A DNA stretch of 64,000 bases from Alphaproteobacteria bacterium (GCA_965242575.1 OZ251461.1:1505430-1569429); one strand, 5' to 3'. Shown: positions 48,445 through 58,481, numbered from the stretch's first letter. Notes: a model not told the origin generated them from the sequence alone. Translations and numbers: made by a program.

Positions 48445-49607
48445 CCGTCCCGCTGACGCCCGAGCGCGAGCGCATCGTCGCCGCGGTCTCCCGCGTTTGC
48501 GCCGGGTTCGACGCCGCCTACTGGCGCGGCCGCGACCGGACCGGCGCCTTCCCCGGCGACTTCCACGCCGCGATGGCGGACGGCGGCTGGCTCGGCATCG
48601 CCATGCCGGAGGAGGCCGGCGGCGCCGGCCTCGGCGTCTTCGAGGCGGCGCTGATGATGCGGACCGTGGCCCGGTCCGGCGCCGCGATGAGCGGCTGTTC
48701 GGCGATCCACATGAACGTCTTCGGCCCGCTCCCCATCGCCGCCTTCGGCACGGCCGAGCAGCGCCGCCGCTTCCTCCCGCCCCTCGTCGCGGGCCGCGAG
48801 AAGGCGTGCTTCGCCGTCACCGAACCCGACGCCGGCCTCGACACCGCGCGCGTGCGCACGAGCGCGCGCCTGCGCGGCGCCGGCTACGTCATCGACGGGC
48901 GCAAGGTGTGGACCTCGACCGCCCAGGTCGCCGACAAGATCATGATCCTCGCCCGCACGACCCCCATCGAGGAGTGCGCGAAGCCCATCGACGGCCTCAG
49001 CCTGTTCTACACCGACCTCGACCGCGGCGCCGTCGACGTCCGCGAGATCCGCAAGATGGGCCGCCGCGCGGTCGACAGCAACGAACTGTTCATCGACGGC
49101 CTCGCCGTCCCGGCGGAGGACCGCATCGGCGAGGAGGGCAAGGGGTTCCGCTACCTGCTCCACGGCCTCAACCCCGAGCGTATCCTGGTCGGCGCGGAGG
49201 GCGTCGGCATCGGCCGCGCCGCCCTCGACCGCGCCGCGCGCTACGCCCGCGAGCGCGTCGTGTTCCAGCGCCCCATCGGCCGCAACCAGGGCGTCCAGCA
49301 TCCCCTCGCCGAGAGCTGGGCCGAGCTCGCCGCCGCCGACCTGATGGTGTTCGAGGCTGCGCGGCGCCACGATTCCGGCGAGTCCTGCGGGGTCGAGGCG
49401 AACGCCGCCAAACTCCTCGGCTCACGCGCCGGCTACCGCGCCTGCGAGCGCGCGGTGTTCACGCATGGCGGCTTCGGCTACGCCGCCGAATTCGACGTCG
49501 AGCGCTTCATGCGCGAGGTCTGGATAACCCGCCTCGCCCCGGTTTCCGAGCAGCTGGTCCTGAGCCACATCGCCGAGCGCGCCCTCGACCTGCCCCGATC
49601 CTATTAG
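48441..49607 (+). CDS. Acyl-CoA dehydrogenase family protein
   Basis: GTGA overlap with msrB. Motifs [19 protein letters not shown] and [20 protein letters not shown]. Confidence 0.85.
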
Positions 49608-49683
49608 CCCGCGCCGCCCGGGAATCCACCGCCGAACCGGCCGCGTTTGACGCGGCCGCCGCGGGCGCGGTAGCGTCGCCGGC

Positions 49684-49929
49684 ATGGAAACCGTGTTCGA
49701 CACCCTGGCCTGCACGCGCCGCCTCGAGGATGCGGGTATCGCCGAGGAGTACGCCGAAGCCCATGCGGCAGCCTTGCGCGCGGCGTCCGGCGGAGGCGTG
49801 GCGACCAAAGCGGACATCGTCCGTCTCGAAACGTGCCTGGACGCCAATATGCGCGCCATGCAATGGGTCCTGGGACTCGTCGTCGCATTGCTCGCCGCGA
49901 TGGCGGCGCGCCTGTTCGGCGCGATCTGA
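49684..49929 (+). CDS. Small coiled-coil protein with C-terminal TM anchor (DUF1640-like)
   Basis: 81 aa. FDTLACTRRLEDAGI.EEYAEAHA is followed by the TM helix WVLGLVVALLAAMAARLF. Confidence 0.55.
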   Translation: METVFDTLACTRRLEDAGIAEEYAEAHAAALRAASGGGVATKADIVRLETCLDANMRAMQWVLGLVVALLAAMAARLFGAI

Positions 49930-49950
49930 CCGGCGCGGGAGCGCGAACCG

Positions 49951-50523
49951 ATGACCGCGCCGCGCATCCTCGCCTTCGCCGGCAGCGCGCGGCGCGGGTC
50001 GTTCAACCGGACCCTGCTGCGCGCCGCCGCCGCGGCCGCCGAAGCGCGGGGCGCGAACGCGACCGTGCTCGAACTCGCCGAACTGGGCCTGCCGATCTAC
50101 GACGGAGACCTGGAGCGCGAAAGCGGGCTGCCCGCAGGCGCGCGGCGCATGAAGGACATGCTGCGCGGCCACGACGCGCTCATCGTCGCGGTCCCGGAAT
50201 ACAACGGCGGCTACGCCCCGCTGCTCAAGAACGCGCTCGACTGGGCGTCGCGCGCCGAGGACGGCGAGGCGCCCTGCGCCGCCTACGCCGGGCTCGCCGC
50301 CGCGCTGGTCGGCGCGTCGCCGGGGCGCGGCGGCGCGGCGCGCGCGCTCGCCGCCATGCGGGTCATCCTCGGCAATCTCGGCGTCGACGTCGTTCCCAAC
50401 CAGTTCGGCGTCGCGGCGGCGGGCAAGGCGTTCGACGCCGGCGGCGCGCTCCGCGAGCCCGCCCACCGCGCGGCGCTGGAGGGCGCGGTCGCCGCCCTGG
50501 TCCGCAAGGTCGAGGACCGATAG
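49951..50523 (+). CDS. NAD(P)H-dependent FMN reductase family protein
   Basis: RILAFAGSARRGSFNRTLL...ALIVAVPEYNGGYAPLLKNALDW. Confidence 0.8.
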   Translation: MTAPRILAFAGSARRGSFNRTLLRAAAAAAEARGANATVLELAELGLPIYDGDLERESGLPAGARRMKDMLRGHDALIVAVPEYNGGYAPLLKNALDWASRAEDGEAPCAAYAGLAAALVGASPGRGGAARALAAMRVILGNLGVDVVPNQFGVAAAGKAFDAGGALREPAHRAALEGAVAALVRKVEDR

Positions 50524-50544
50524 CCGGCGCTCCCCGGAGTCCGC

Positions 50545-51843
50545 TCAGCCGAAGGGGATGAACAGCGCGAGTTCGTCGAACGCCATGACGGCGGCGACCG
50601 TGAGCAGGATCAGCGCGACGAACGGCGCCGCGCCGCGCACCACCTCGCCGACGCTGGCCGCGGGCGCGCCCTTCGGCAGCGCCTCGGCGGCGACGGCGCG
50701 GATGACGAACAGGTTGAGGCCCACCGGCGGCGTGATCAGCGCGCATTCGATCATCAGCGTGAACACCACCCCGAACCAGATCGGGTCGATGCCGAAGCCG
50801 TCGAGCGCGGGGTCGATGACCGGCAGCATCAGCAGCATCATCGACAGCGTCTCCAGCACGCAGCCCATGAGCAGCAGCAGGCCGCACACGGCGGCGACGA
50901 ACCCCTCCGGCGACGCGATCGCCGCGAGCGCCGCCCGCGTCGCCTCCTGCGGGACCTCGCGCAGGGCGAGGGCGTGGCCGAACAGTTTGGCGCCGGCGAT
51001 GATGAACAGCACCGTCGCCGTCGTCCGCATCGACTCCAGCGCGATGGGCGGCAGGTCGCGAAGGCGCAGGCTGCGGTGGACCCCGAGCGTCACGGCGAGC
51101 GCCAGGACGAAGCCCACTCCGGCCGCCTCGGTGGGGGTGAACGCGCCGGCGTAGATTCCGGCGACGACCAGCGCGGCGAGGGCGAGGGTGGGCGCCGCCG
51201 CCAGCGTGGCGCGCCGGCGCTCCGCCGCCGACGCGCGCGGCGCCCCGCGCCCGACCCCGGCGAGCCGCGCATGGACGGCGGCGTAGCCCGCGAACAGCGC
51301 GGTAAGCAGAAGCCCCGGCCCGATCCCGGCCAGGAACAGGTCGACGACGGACTCCTCGGTGAGGAACCCATAGACGATCATGGGGATCGACGGCGGGATC
51401 AGCACGCCGAGCGTGCCGCCGGCCGCCAGCAGGCCGAACACGAACCGCCGCCGGTAGCCGCGCGCGGTCAGTTCCGGGATGGCGACCGCGCCGACGGTCG
51501 CCGCCGTCGCCACCGACGAGCCGGAGATCGCCGCGAAGACGGCGCAGGACAGCACCGTCGCCACCGCCAGCCCGCCGGGCCAGTGGCCAACCCAGCTCTG
51601 CGCCGCCGCGAACAGCCGCGCCCCCGCCCCGCCGCGCAGCAACACGTTCGACATGAGGATGAACAGGGGGACCGCGAGCAGGATGAAATTGTCCATGCTT
51701 GACATCAGCGCCTGCGGGATTTGCAGGCCCGACGAGCCGTCGGCCAGCAGCAGGACCATGCCCAGCCCGGCGAGGACGAAGGCGATGTCGACCCCCGCCA
51801 GAAGCAGCGCGAGGAGCGCCAGCAGGACGAGCGCGGTCGTCAC
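50545..51843 (-). CDS. TRAP transporter large permease (DctM family)
   Basis: GTG 51843 lies in a GTGA overlap with the small permease gene. Polytopic protein with MDNFILLAVPLFILMSNVL and AISGSSVATAATVG. Confidence 0.85.
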   Translation of the reverse strand: MTTALVLLALLALLLAGVDIAFVLAGLGMVLLLADGSSGLQIPQALMSSMDNFILLAVPLFILMSNVLLRGGAGARLFAAAQSWVGHWPGGLAVATVLSCAVFAAISGSSVATAATVGAVAIPELTARGYRRRFVFGLLAAGGTLGVLIPPSIPMIVYGFLTEESVVDLFLAGIGPGLLLTALFAGYAAVHARLAGVGRGAPRASAAERRRATLAAAPTLALAALVVAGIYAGAFTPTEAAGVGFVLALAVTLGVHRSLRLRDLPPIALESMRTTATVLFIIAGAKLFGHALALREVPQEATRAALAAIASPEGFVAAVCGLLLLMGCVLETLSMMLLMLPVIDPALDGFGIDPIWFGVVFTLMIECALITPPVGLNLFVIRAVAAEALPKGAPAASVGEVVRGAAPFVALILLTVAAVMAFDELALFIPFG

Positions 51844-52349
51844 CGCCCGCCCCGGCCGGCGAAACTCTCGACCAGGCTGGCCGCGGCCTGGAGGGCGGCG
51901 AGGGCGAGGCCGCCCGCGACCGGCGCATGCAGCGCCCACAGCGGCAGCGCCAGCGTCGAGTCGGTGTATTGCCCGGTGTCGACGGCGAACCGCATCATCT
52001 CGGCGGCGTAGCGGACTCCGGCCAGCGACACCGCGGCGGCGGCGGCCAGCGCCAGGCGGTCGGCCCAGCGCCGCGCCGCCGGCGGCAGCGCGCCCGTGAG
52101 CAGCGAGACGCGGATATGCGCGCGCGCCGCCACCAGCGGCGCGCAAGCGAGGAAGACCGCGTAGATCTGCAACAGCCGCGCCACTTCCTCCACCCACCGC
52201 GTCGGCGCGAGGAAGACGTAGCGCATGACGACTTCGTAGCAGACGATGAGGCCGATGGCGGCGAACGCCGCCGCCGCGGCCCAGCCGGCGGCGCGGCTCG
52301 CGGCCCCGACCGCGCGCGCGGCGGCCAGCGCGGCGGCGCGCGCCGGCAT
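51840..52349 (-). CDS. TRAP transporter small permease (DctQ family)
   Basis: 169 aa with 4 TM helices, containing CYEVVMRYVF..PTRWVEE. Confidence 0.75.
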   Translation of the reverse strand: MPARAAALAAARAVGAASRAAGWAAAAAFAAIGLIVCYEVVMRYVFLAPTRWVEEVARLLQIYAVFLACAPLVAARAHIRVSLLTGALPPAARRWADRLALAAAAAVSLAGVRYAAEMMRFAVDTGQYTDSTLALPLWALHAPVAGGLALAALQAAASLVESFAGRGGR

Positions 52350-52350
52350 G

Positions 52351-53355
52351 CTACTCCGCCGCGCCGGATAGCCCTTCGGCGGCGGCGAGGAGTTCGCGGC
52401 CCAATTCCCCGGCGGAGTCCAGATAGACCTGCCGGAGCGGCGCCGAAGCGGCGCGCCACGCCGCGCGCTCCCCGGCGGTCGGGCGATAGACGGTCATGCC
52501 GTTGGCCGCCGCCTCCTCCAGCGCCGCGCGGGCGAGGGCGGGGAACGACTCCCGCAATTCGGCCTCCGCCGCGCGCGCCGCCGCCGTCAGCAGCGCGCGC
52601 TCTTCGCCGGATAGGCTCCGCCACAGGCGCTCGTTGATCAGCACCACGAATTCGACGGCGCTGTGGTCGGTCAGGGTCGCCGATTCGAGCACCTGGTAGA
52701 GTTTGCGGTCCTTGATGGTCAGCGGCCCGGTCATGCCCCCGTCCACCGTCCCGCGTTCGTAGGCGAGGAACTGGCGCGAGCCGGAAATGTTGGTCGCGCC
52801 GCCGCCGAGCGCGTCGACGAACGCCTCCAGCGCCTTGCCGAAGGTGCGGATCTTCTTGCCCGCAATGTCCTCCGGCCCGCGCGCGACGCCGCGCCGCATC
52901 ATCACCAGCGAGAAGCCGTAGGGCTGCCACCACAGCGGCCGCGCGCCCTTTTCGGCCATCGCCGCGTCGAGCGGCGCGCGCACCGGCGAACCCGGCGCGG
53001 TGGCGGCGCGCACCAGCGCCTCGGTGTCGAACACGAAGGGGACCGTGAAGATGTCCACCGCCGGGACGGTCCCGGCGAAGCGCATGAGCGAGGAGACCCC
53101 CATCTCGATCTGGCCGGAGGCGACCGCCGCCGGGACCTCGCGGTCGGTGTAGAGCTGCGCGCCGGGGTAGATGCGCACCTGGATATCGCCGCCGCTCGCC
53201 GCCTCCACCCGCTCCTCGAACGCCAGCAGGTTCTGGCCCAGCGGCGAACTCAGCGGCAATTGCAGCGTGATCCGAAGCGTCCGCTCGGCATGCGCCGCCC
53301 CCGCCGCGAGGGCGGGCGCGAGCAGGCAGGCGAGGAGGGCGGCGCGGCGCGTCAC
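52351..53355 (-). CDS. TRAP transporter substrate-binding protein (DctP family)
   Basis: GTG 53355. Signal peptide, then LRITLQLPLSSPLGQNLLAFEERVEAASGGDIQVRIYPGAQLY. Confidence 0.8.
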   Translation of the reverse strand: MTRRAALLACLLAPALAAGAAHAERTLRITLQLPLSSPLGQNLLAFEERVEAASGGDIQVRIYPGAQLYTDREVPAAVASGQIEMGVSSLMRFAGTVPAVDIFTVPFVFDTEALVRAATAPGSPVRAPLDAAMAEKGARPLWWQPYGFSLVMMRRGVARGPEDIAGKKIRTFGKALEAFVDALGGGATNISGSRQFLAYERGTVDGGMTGPLTIKDRKLYQVLESATLTDHSAVEFVVLINERLWRSLSGEERALLTAAARAAEAELRESFPALARAALEEAAANGMTVYRPTAGERAAWRAASAPLRQVYLDSAGELGRELLAAAEGLSGAAE

Positions 53356-54047
53356 CGGACCGCCTCCGATTCCGCGTCGGCGTGGAAGTCCGCGCGCCCG
53401 GCGGCGAAACCGGACTCCACCGCGGCGCGCGGATAGGTCTCCGCCCACGCCGCCATGATCTCGTCGTAGGGCAGGTCGGCGAAGGCGCCGCGGTGGCGCA
53501 CATATTCCATGTGCCGGCGCCCGGCGCGGTCGCAGGGATGGAAGAGCGAATCCGTCCGCCCGTCGAACTCCAGCGGCTTCACCCCGAAGCGGTCGCACAA
53601 TTCGCGGTTGAAGGCCGGGGTCGCCTTCACCCACGCGCCGTCGACGAGCAGCTCGGCGTAGCCGTGGAAGACGAACAGGTCGGTCCCCATCGCGGCGCGC
53701 AATTTGGCGGTCGCCAGATGGTTGCGGACGTCGCCGAAGCCGAGCCGGGCGGGGAGTCCCATGGCCCGCGCGCAGGCGGCGAGCAGCGCCGCCTTGGTTA
53801 TGCAGAAGCCGCGCCGCCGCGCCAGACAGGCGCTGGCGCGGAACCCCTCGCGCGTCGTGTCGATTCCGTAGGGGTCGTAGCGGACGTCGTCGCGCACCGC
53901 GTAATAGAGCGCCCGGGCGCGTTCGGCGTCGCCGGCGGCGCCCGCCGCCGCGGCCTGCGCGTAATCGGCGACGCGCCCGTCGCCGCTGTCGAGGAACGGG
54001 GTCGGCGCCAGGAGGCCCGCGTCGACCGCCGCGTCGGCCGCGTTCAT
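53352..54047 (-). CDS. Transglutaminase-like cysteine-protease-fold protein
   Basis: ARRRGFCITKAALLAACARAMGLPARLGFGDVRNH...FVFHGYAELLVDGAWVKATPAF (Cys-His-Asp core pattern). Confidence 0.7.
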   Translation of the reverse strand: MNAADAAVDAGLLAPTPFLDSGDGRVADYAQAAAAGAAGDAERARALYYAVRDDVRYDPYGIDTTREGFRASACLARRRGFCITKAALLAACARAMGLPARLGFGDVRNHLATAKLRAAMGTDLFVFHGYAELLVDGAWVKATPAFNRELCDRFGVKPLEFDGRTDSLFHPCDRAGRRHMEYVRHRGAFADLPYDEIMAAWAETYPRAAVESGFAAGRADFHADAESEAVR

Positions 54048-55120
54048 GCGCGGAACGCCGCGCGCCCGGCCAGGTAGCCGAGGCCGGCATAGGGCTGGAG
54101 CATCGCCATGCGGTCGCGGAACGCCGACCAATTGGCGTGGATCCGGCGCGAAATGTCGTCGGCCGCCGCCGCCTCGGCGACCACTTCCGTCGAACGCTCC
54201 AGCATCGCGCGGAGCACCGGGTCGGGGAAGTGGCGCAGATCGACGCCGTGTTCGCCCACCAGCGCCTCCAGCGCCAGCGCGTTGCCGTTCATCGTCTCGG
54301 CGTACATGCGCATGTTCTCCTCCCCGGCGGCCTTGCGGACGATGGCCCGCAGGTCGGAGGGGAGCGCCTCCCACGCGGCGCGGCCCACGGTGAGCGAGAG
54401 CGCCGGGCCGGGTTCGTGGACCCCGGGGCCGTAATAGAACGGCGCCACCTTGTAGAACCCCATCGCCAGGTCGTTGTAGGGCCCGGCCCATTCGGTGGCG
54501 TCGATGGCGCCGGTCTGCAACGCCGGCAGGACCTCGCCCCCCGGCAGGTTGACGGCGATGGCGCCGAGCCGGTTCAGCACCTCGGCGCCGAGGCCCGGAA
54601 TCCGCATCTTGAGGCCCGCCAGGTCCGCCGCCGAGGAGATCTCCTTGCGGAACCAGCCGCCCATGTTGGGGCCGCCGGTCCCGGCGAGGAACCCGCGCAG
54701 GCCGAATTCGGCGTAGAGCTCGTCCCATAGCGCCTGGCCGCCGCCGTAGAGTATCCAGGCGTTGTGTTCGGGCGGGGTCAGCCCGCCGGGGACCGAGCAG
54801 AAGAACGGCATCGCGCCGTGCTTGGCGATCCAGTAATAGGGCGCGTCGTGGCAGCATTCGGCGACGCCGTCGCGCACCGCGTCGAACGCCTCGAACGCCG
54901 GCACCAGTTCGCCGGCGGAATAGAGTTTGATCGTCAGCCGCCCGTCGGACATGTCGCCCACGGCGTCGGCGATGCGCTGCGCGCCGACGCCGATCGCCGG
55001 CAGGTTGCGCGGCCAGCACGTGACCATGCGCCATTCGACGCGGCCTTGCGCGATGGCCGGCGCGGCCAGCGCCGCCGCCCCGGCGCCCGCCGCCGCCGTG
55101 AGGAACTCTCTGCGTTTCAT
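54044..55120 (-). CDS. TRAP-type solute-binding protein with Tat signal
   Basis: MKRREFLTAAAGAGAAALAAPAIAQG followed by WRMVTCWPRNLP...GGWFRKEI... Confidence 0.8.
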   Translation of the reverse strand: MKRREFLTAAAGAGAAALAAPAIAQGRVEWRMVTCWPRNLPAIGVGAQRIADAVGDMSDGRLTIKLYSAGELVPAFEAFDAVRDGVAECCHDAPYYWIAKHGAMPFFCSVPGGLTPPEHNAWILYGGGQALWDELYAEFGLRGFLAGTGGPNMGGWFRKEISSAADLAGLKMRIPGLGAEVLNRLGAIAVNLPGGEVLPALQTGAIDATEWAGPYNDLAMGFYKVAPFYYGPGVHEPGPALSLTVGRAAWEALPSDLRAIVRKAAGEENMRMYAETMNGNALALEALVGEHGVDLRHFPDPVLRAMLERSTEVVAEAAAADDISRRIHANWSAFRDRMAMLQPYAGLGYLAGRAAFRA

Positions 55121-55262
55121 CGCCCGCCGCCTCCCGAAGCTCCGGTTCCGCCCGCGCGCAGCCTAGCCGATTCCGCCGCCTCTGGCGCGCGCTGGCCGGC
55201 GGCGCGGCGATGGGGCACACTGGCCGCGCCGGTCGATAGGGGACGACAGGGGAGGGACGGCG

Positions 55263-56453
55263 ATGACGACGACGCGCGAAGCGGGGCGGCCCGACCGCCG
55301 CCGCGTCCTGGCGGGGATGGCCGCCGCCTCCGCCGCCGGGCTGCTTCCGGCGCCGGCGCTGGCGCGGGGCGGCGGGCTCCGCATCGGCGCGCTGCTGCCG
55401 CTCACCGGCGGGCTCGACGCCCATGCGGCGCAGATGCGCCTCGGCCTGGAGTCCGCCGTCGACGCGCTCAACGGCGCCGGCGGCGTCCTGGGCCGCCCGG
55501 TCGAGGTCGTTTACGCCGACAGCGCCGGGACTCCCATGGGCCTGGCGGAGACCTGCGACCGCCTCGTTCGCGAGGACGGGGTGGCGGCCGCGGTGGGGCC
55601 GTTCATCTCCGCCGGGCGCAAGACCGCCGCCCGCGCCCTTGCGGCGCACGGCGTCCCGCTGGTCACGGCGGCGAACACCGAGGGGATGTTCCGCGCCGCC
55701 AACTACTTCTCGGTCGGGCCGACCCCGAACCAGGACATTTTCGCGCTGGTCCGCCGCCTCGACGGCGGCGAGGGGCGCTCCTACTTCCTCGTCGGCTCCT
55801 ACACGAGCTGGCAGGTGTCCAGCTTCCGCCAGGCGATCCTCAAGGTCATCTACCGCTTCGAGGGGTCGGTGGAGGGCCAGGCGCTGACCCCGGTGGGCGA
55901 GGAGTCGTTCCAGGCGGTGGCGCGCTGGATCGCCGACACCGGCGCCGACACGGTGGTGTTCTGCGCGCCGCGGCTCCACGGCGCGCATTTCGTCCGCCAG
56001 GCGCGCGCCATCGGCCTGCTCGCCCGCATCCGCCTGGGCTGGGTGGGGTTCAACGAACTCCACGCCGGCGCGCTGCCGCCCGGCGAGGCGGCGCAGGTGT
56101 CCACCGTCTCGCCCTTCGTCGCCTCCGACCGCCGGGGCGGCGTCCCCGACCTGGTCGCGCGCATGGAGCGCATCGGCGGAGCCGCCGTTCCGCCCACCTA
56201 TTACGCCTACACGCACCACAACGCGCTGCTGGCGGTGGCCGCCGCCGCCGAGGCGTCCGGCGAGGCCTCCGCCCCGGCCGTTCTCGCCAGCCTTCCCGGC
56301 CTGGAGTTCGCGGGCGCCACCGGCCCGGTGGCGATCGACGCCGAGAACGGCCATGCGCGTTTCGCCGTCATGGCCGCGCGCGGCCGCGCCGGCGGCCTGG
56401 AGGTGGAGGAGCGCCTGGGCCTCATCGACCCGGAGCCGGGCGGGGCGGGGTGA
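55263..56453 (+). CDS. ABC-transporter periplasmic binding protein, LivK/AmiC (Peripla_BP_6)-like
   Basis: Tat-like signal RRRVLAGMAAASAAGLL, then LRIGALLPLTGGLDAHAAQMRLGLESAVDALNGAGGVLGRPVEVVYADS. Confidence 0.8.
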   Translation: MTTTREAGRPDRRRVLAGMAAASAAGLLPAPALARGGGLRIGALLPLTGGLDAHAAQMRLGLESAVDALNGAGGVLGRPVEVVYADSAGTPMGLAETCDRLVREDGVAAAVGPFISAGRKTAARALAAHGVPLVTAANTEGMFRAANYFSVGPTPNQDIFALVRRLDGGEGRSYFLVGSYTSWQVSSFRQAILKVIYRFEGSVEGQALTPVGEESFQAVARWIADTGADTVVFCAPRLHGAHFVRQARAIGLLARIRLGWVGFNELHAGALPPGEAAQVSTVSPFVASDRRGGVPDLVARMERIGGAAVPPTYYAYTHHNALLAVAAAAEASGEASAPAVLASLPGLEFAGATGPVAIDAENGHARFAVMAARGRAGGLEVEERLGLIDPEPGGAG

Positions 56454-56754
56454 CGGGTATCGGCCGTCGGTTCCGAGGGCCGCGCCCGCGGCTCCGGCGA
56501 TTCTCGTTACCGACGGAGCGCGGCCCGGTCCGCCTTCGCCCGGGACCGCCGGCGTCTCGCCGACGATTTCCGCTTCGGATGTCGCTTGCGCGGGCCGGCG
56601 AGACGCCGGCGGCCCCGGGGATGCGAGCCGCTGTGGAGCGGCGAGGTTCCCCCTGATGGGAATCGCGGCCGTCCGGGGCGGCGCGTTGCCGCCGGCGCCG
56701 GGCCGCGCTATCGTTGCGCGCCGTGGCGTGGACGAATCGTGGAAGGGGGGAGCG

Positions 56755-58338
56755 ATGGCGGGGATGCGCGTTGTGGCGGCGGCGTGCGCCGTTCTGGCGG
56801 CGGCGCCGGCGGCGGGGCAGGGGGACTGCGGCGATCTCGGAGACTGCCTCCGCCCCCTCGCGGATAAGGTGGCGAATCTTCTGAGCCGCGAGGCGCAGGA
56901 TCGCGGCGAGCGGCTGGAGGTGAGTTTCCGCCCCGCGCGGACCGAGCCTTCGGGGGTGGACATTTATTGCCGGGCGTTGTCGCTGGGCCTGCGCAACGCG
57001 CTGCACGAGGGCGTGCAGGAGGAGCGCCGCGACGCCGGCATGAATTTCGAGCTGCTGACCCCCGATTTCATGCGGGTGGAGCCGCCGGAAGTGCTGATGG
57101 TCTGGACTCCGGACCGGACGGGCGGCGGGGTCGAGATACTCGACGTCGAGGTCACCGTCGTGTTGGCGGACCGCGGGGAGCGTGCTCACTCGGGCAAGGT
57201 TCCCATGTCGGCGCTGAGCCGGGCGGAGCGCGGGTGCCTGTTTTCGTTCCGGTCGCAAGCGGCCCGGATCGCGGCCCCGGAGGCGGGGGAACTGTACTCC
57301 GAGCCGAGCTACCGCGCCGACGCCTTTGAGGCGGATTACGAGAAGGGCGACACGCTGCGCATGCTGGGCTGCGCGACGGCCGCCGGCGGCGTCTGGCCGG
57401 TGGTGAGGTGGCGGAACCCGGACACCCGCGAACGCCGCGACCTGTTCGCCCCGGATTTGGTGGACAAGTGCGGGCCGGTCGTCATCGTCGACGACGAAGA
57501 CGACAGGGCGTTCGAGTCGGCGCGTCGCGCGAACACGGTCGCGGCGTTCGACGGGTATTTGTCGTCGTTTCCGTCGGGCCGCCACGTGGCGGAGGCGCAG
57601 CGTTTGCGCGACGAACTGAAGGATCCGCCCCCGCCGCCCGGGACCGTCATCCACGACTGCGATCATTGCCCGGAGATGGTGGTGGTCCCGGCGGGGCGTT
57701 TCGAGATGGGGTCTCCCCCGTCGGAGTCGGGACGCGACGGCGACGAGGGTCCGCAGCATGAGGTGGCGTTCGATTCTCCGTTCGCGGTGGGCGTGTACGA
57801 GGTTACGTTCGACGAGTGGGATGCGTGCGTTTCGAACGGGGGGTGCGGCGGCTACCGCCCGGCCGACCAGGGCTGGGGCCGTGGCGGGCGGCCGGTCATC
57901 AACGTGAGTTGGGACGATGCGCAAGCCTATGCGTCGTGGCTGTCCCGTGAGACGGGGGAGGAGTACCGCCTGTTGAGCGAGGCGGAGTGGGAGTACGTGG
58001 CCCGTGCGGGGACGGTGACGCGCTATTGGTGGGGCGACGGCATCGGCGCGAACCGCGCGAACTGCTCCGGCGATGGTTGCGGGGAGGGCTATGCGAACAC
58101 GGCCCCTGTGGGCAGTTTCGGCGCGAACCCGTTCGGTTTGCACGACGTCCACGGCAACGTTTGGGAATGGGTGGAGGACTGCTGGCACGAGAACTACGCG
58201 CGCGCTCCGTCGAACGGCGATGCGTGGCTCGGCGGTCAGGGCGGCGATTGTTCCCGTCGCGTTCTCCGCGGCGGGTCCTGGTACAACCCTCCCAAGAACC
58301 TCCGCACGGCGCTCCGCGACAGGTACGACACCGGCTAG
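56755..58338 (+). CDS. DGR target protein: secreted protein with C-terminal FGE-sulfatase/C-type-lectin-fold domain carrying the variable region; currently ends at an in-VR TAG
   Basis: Signal peptide MAGMRVVAAACAVLAAAPAAG. FGE domain CPEMVVVPAGRFEMGS...NVSWDDAQAY..WLS...YRLLSEAEWEY..R...HGNVWEWVEDCW...RVLRGGSW. The 3' end is the VR. Confidence 0.9.
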   Translation: MAGMRVVAAACAVLAAAPAAGQGDCGDLGDCLRPLADKVANLLSREAQDRGERLEVSFRPARTEPSGVDIYCRALSLGLRNALHEGVQEERRDAGMNFELLTPDFMRVEPPEVLMVWTPDRTGGGVEILDVEVTVVLADRGERAHSGKVPMSALSRAERGCLFSFRSQAARIAAPEAGELYSEPSYRADAFEADYEKGDTLRMLGCATAAGGVWPVVRWRNPDTRERRDLFAPDLVDKCGPVVIVDDEDDRAFESARRANTVAAFDGYLSSFPSGRHVAEAQRLRDELKDPPPPPGTVIHDCDHCPEMVVVPAGRFEMGSPPSESGRDGDEGPQHEVAFDSPFAVGVYEVTFDEWDACVSNGGCGGYRPADQGWGRGGRPVINVSWDDAQAYASWLSRETGEEYRLLSEAEWEYVARAGTVTRYWWGDGIGANRANCSGDGCGEGYANTAPVGSFGANPFGLHDVHGNVWEWVEDCWHENYARAPSNGDAWLGGQGGDCSRRVLRGGSWYNPPKNLRTALRDRYDTG

Positions 58339-58386
58339 CGGGACCTCGACTTCGGCTTTCGTTTGCTCCGTTCGGTCCGGACGTTC
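58254..58386 (+). repeat. DGR variable region (VR) plus IMH-like 3' segment
   Basis: Colinear with TR 59947-60079 at a constant offset of 1693. There are 16 mismatches and every one is at a TR adenine. The segment 58354-58379 is identical in both copies and contains no adenine. Confidence 0.95.
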
Positions 58387-58427
58387 ACCCCTTAAATCTT
58401 TACCTCCTTACCTCTTCACAGGGGGGT

Positions 58428-58460
58428 CCGGGGGGCTTGCCCCCCGGCCGGAATTTTTTT
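58428..58460 (+). terminator. GC hairpin with 4-nt loop plus T7 run downstream of VR (terminator and/or DGR target-recognition hairpin)
   Basis: ccgggggg-cttg-ccccccgg, then ccggaa and ttttttt. Confidence 0.75.
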
Positions 58461-58481
58461 CGGGGCTCCGCATGACCGGGC

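Noticed and set aside
53352-56963. 1203-aa minus-strand ORF
   Set aside because: Only the last 231 codons (the transglutaminase-like protein) are credible. The rest is antisense to the ABC binding-protein gene and overlaps the TRAP SBP gene in another frame.
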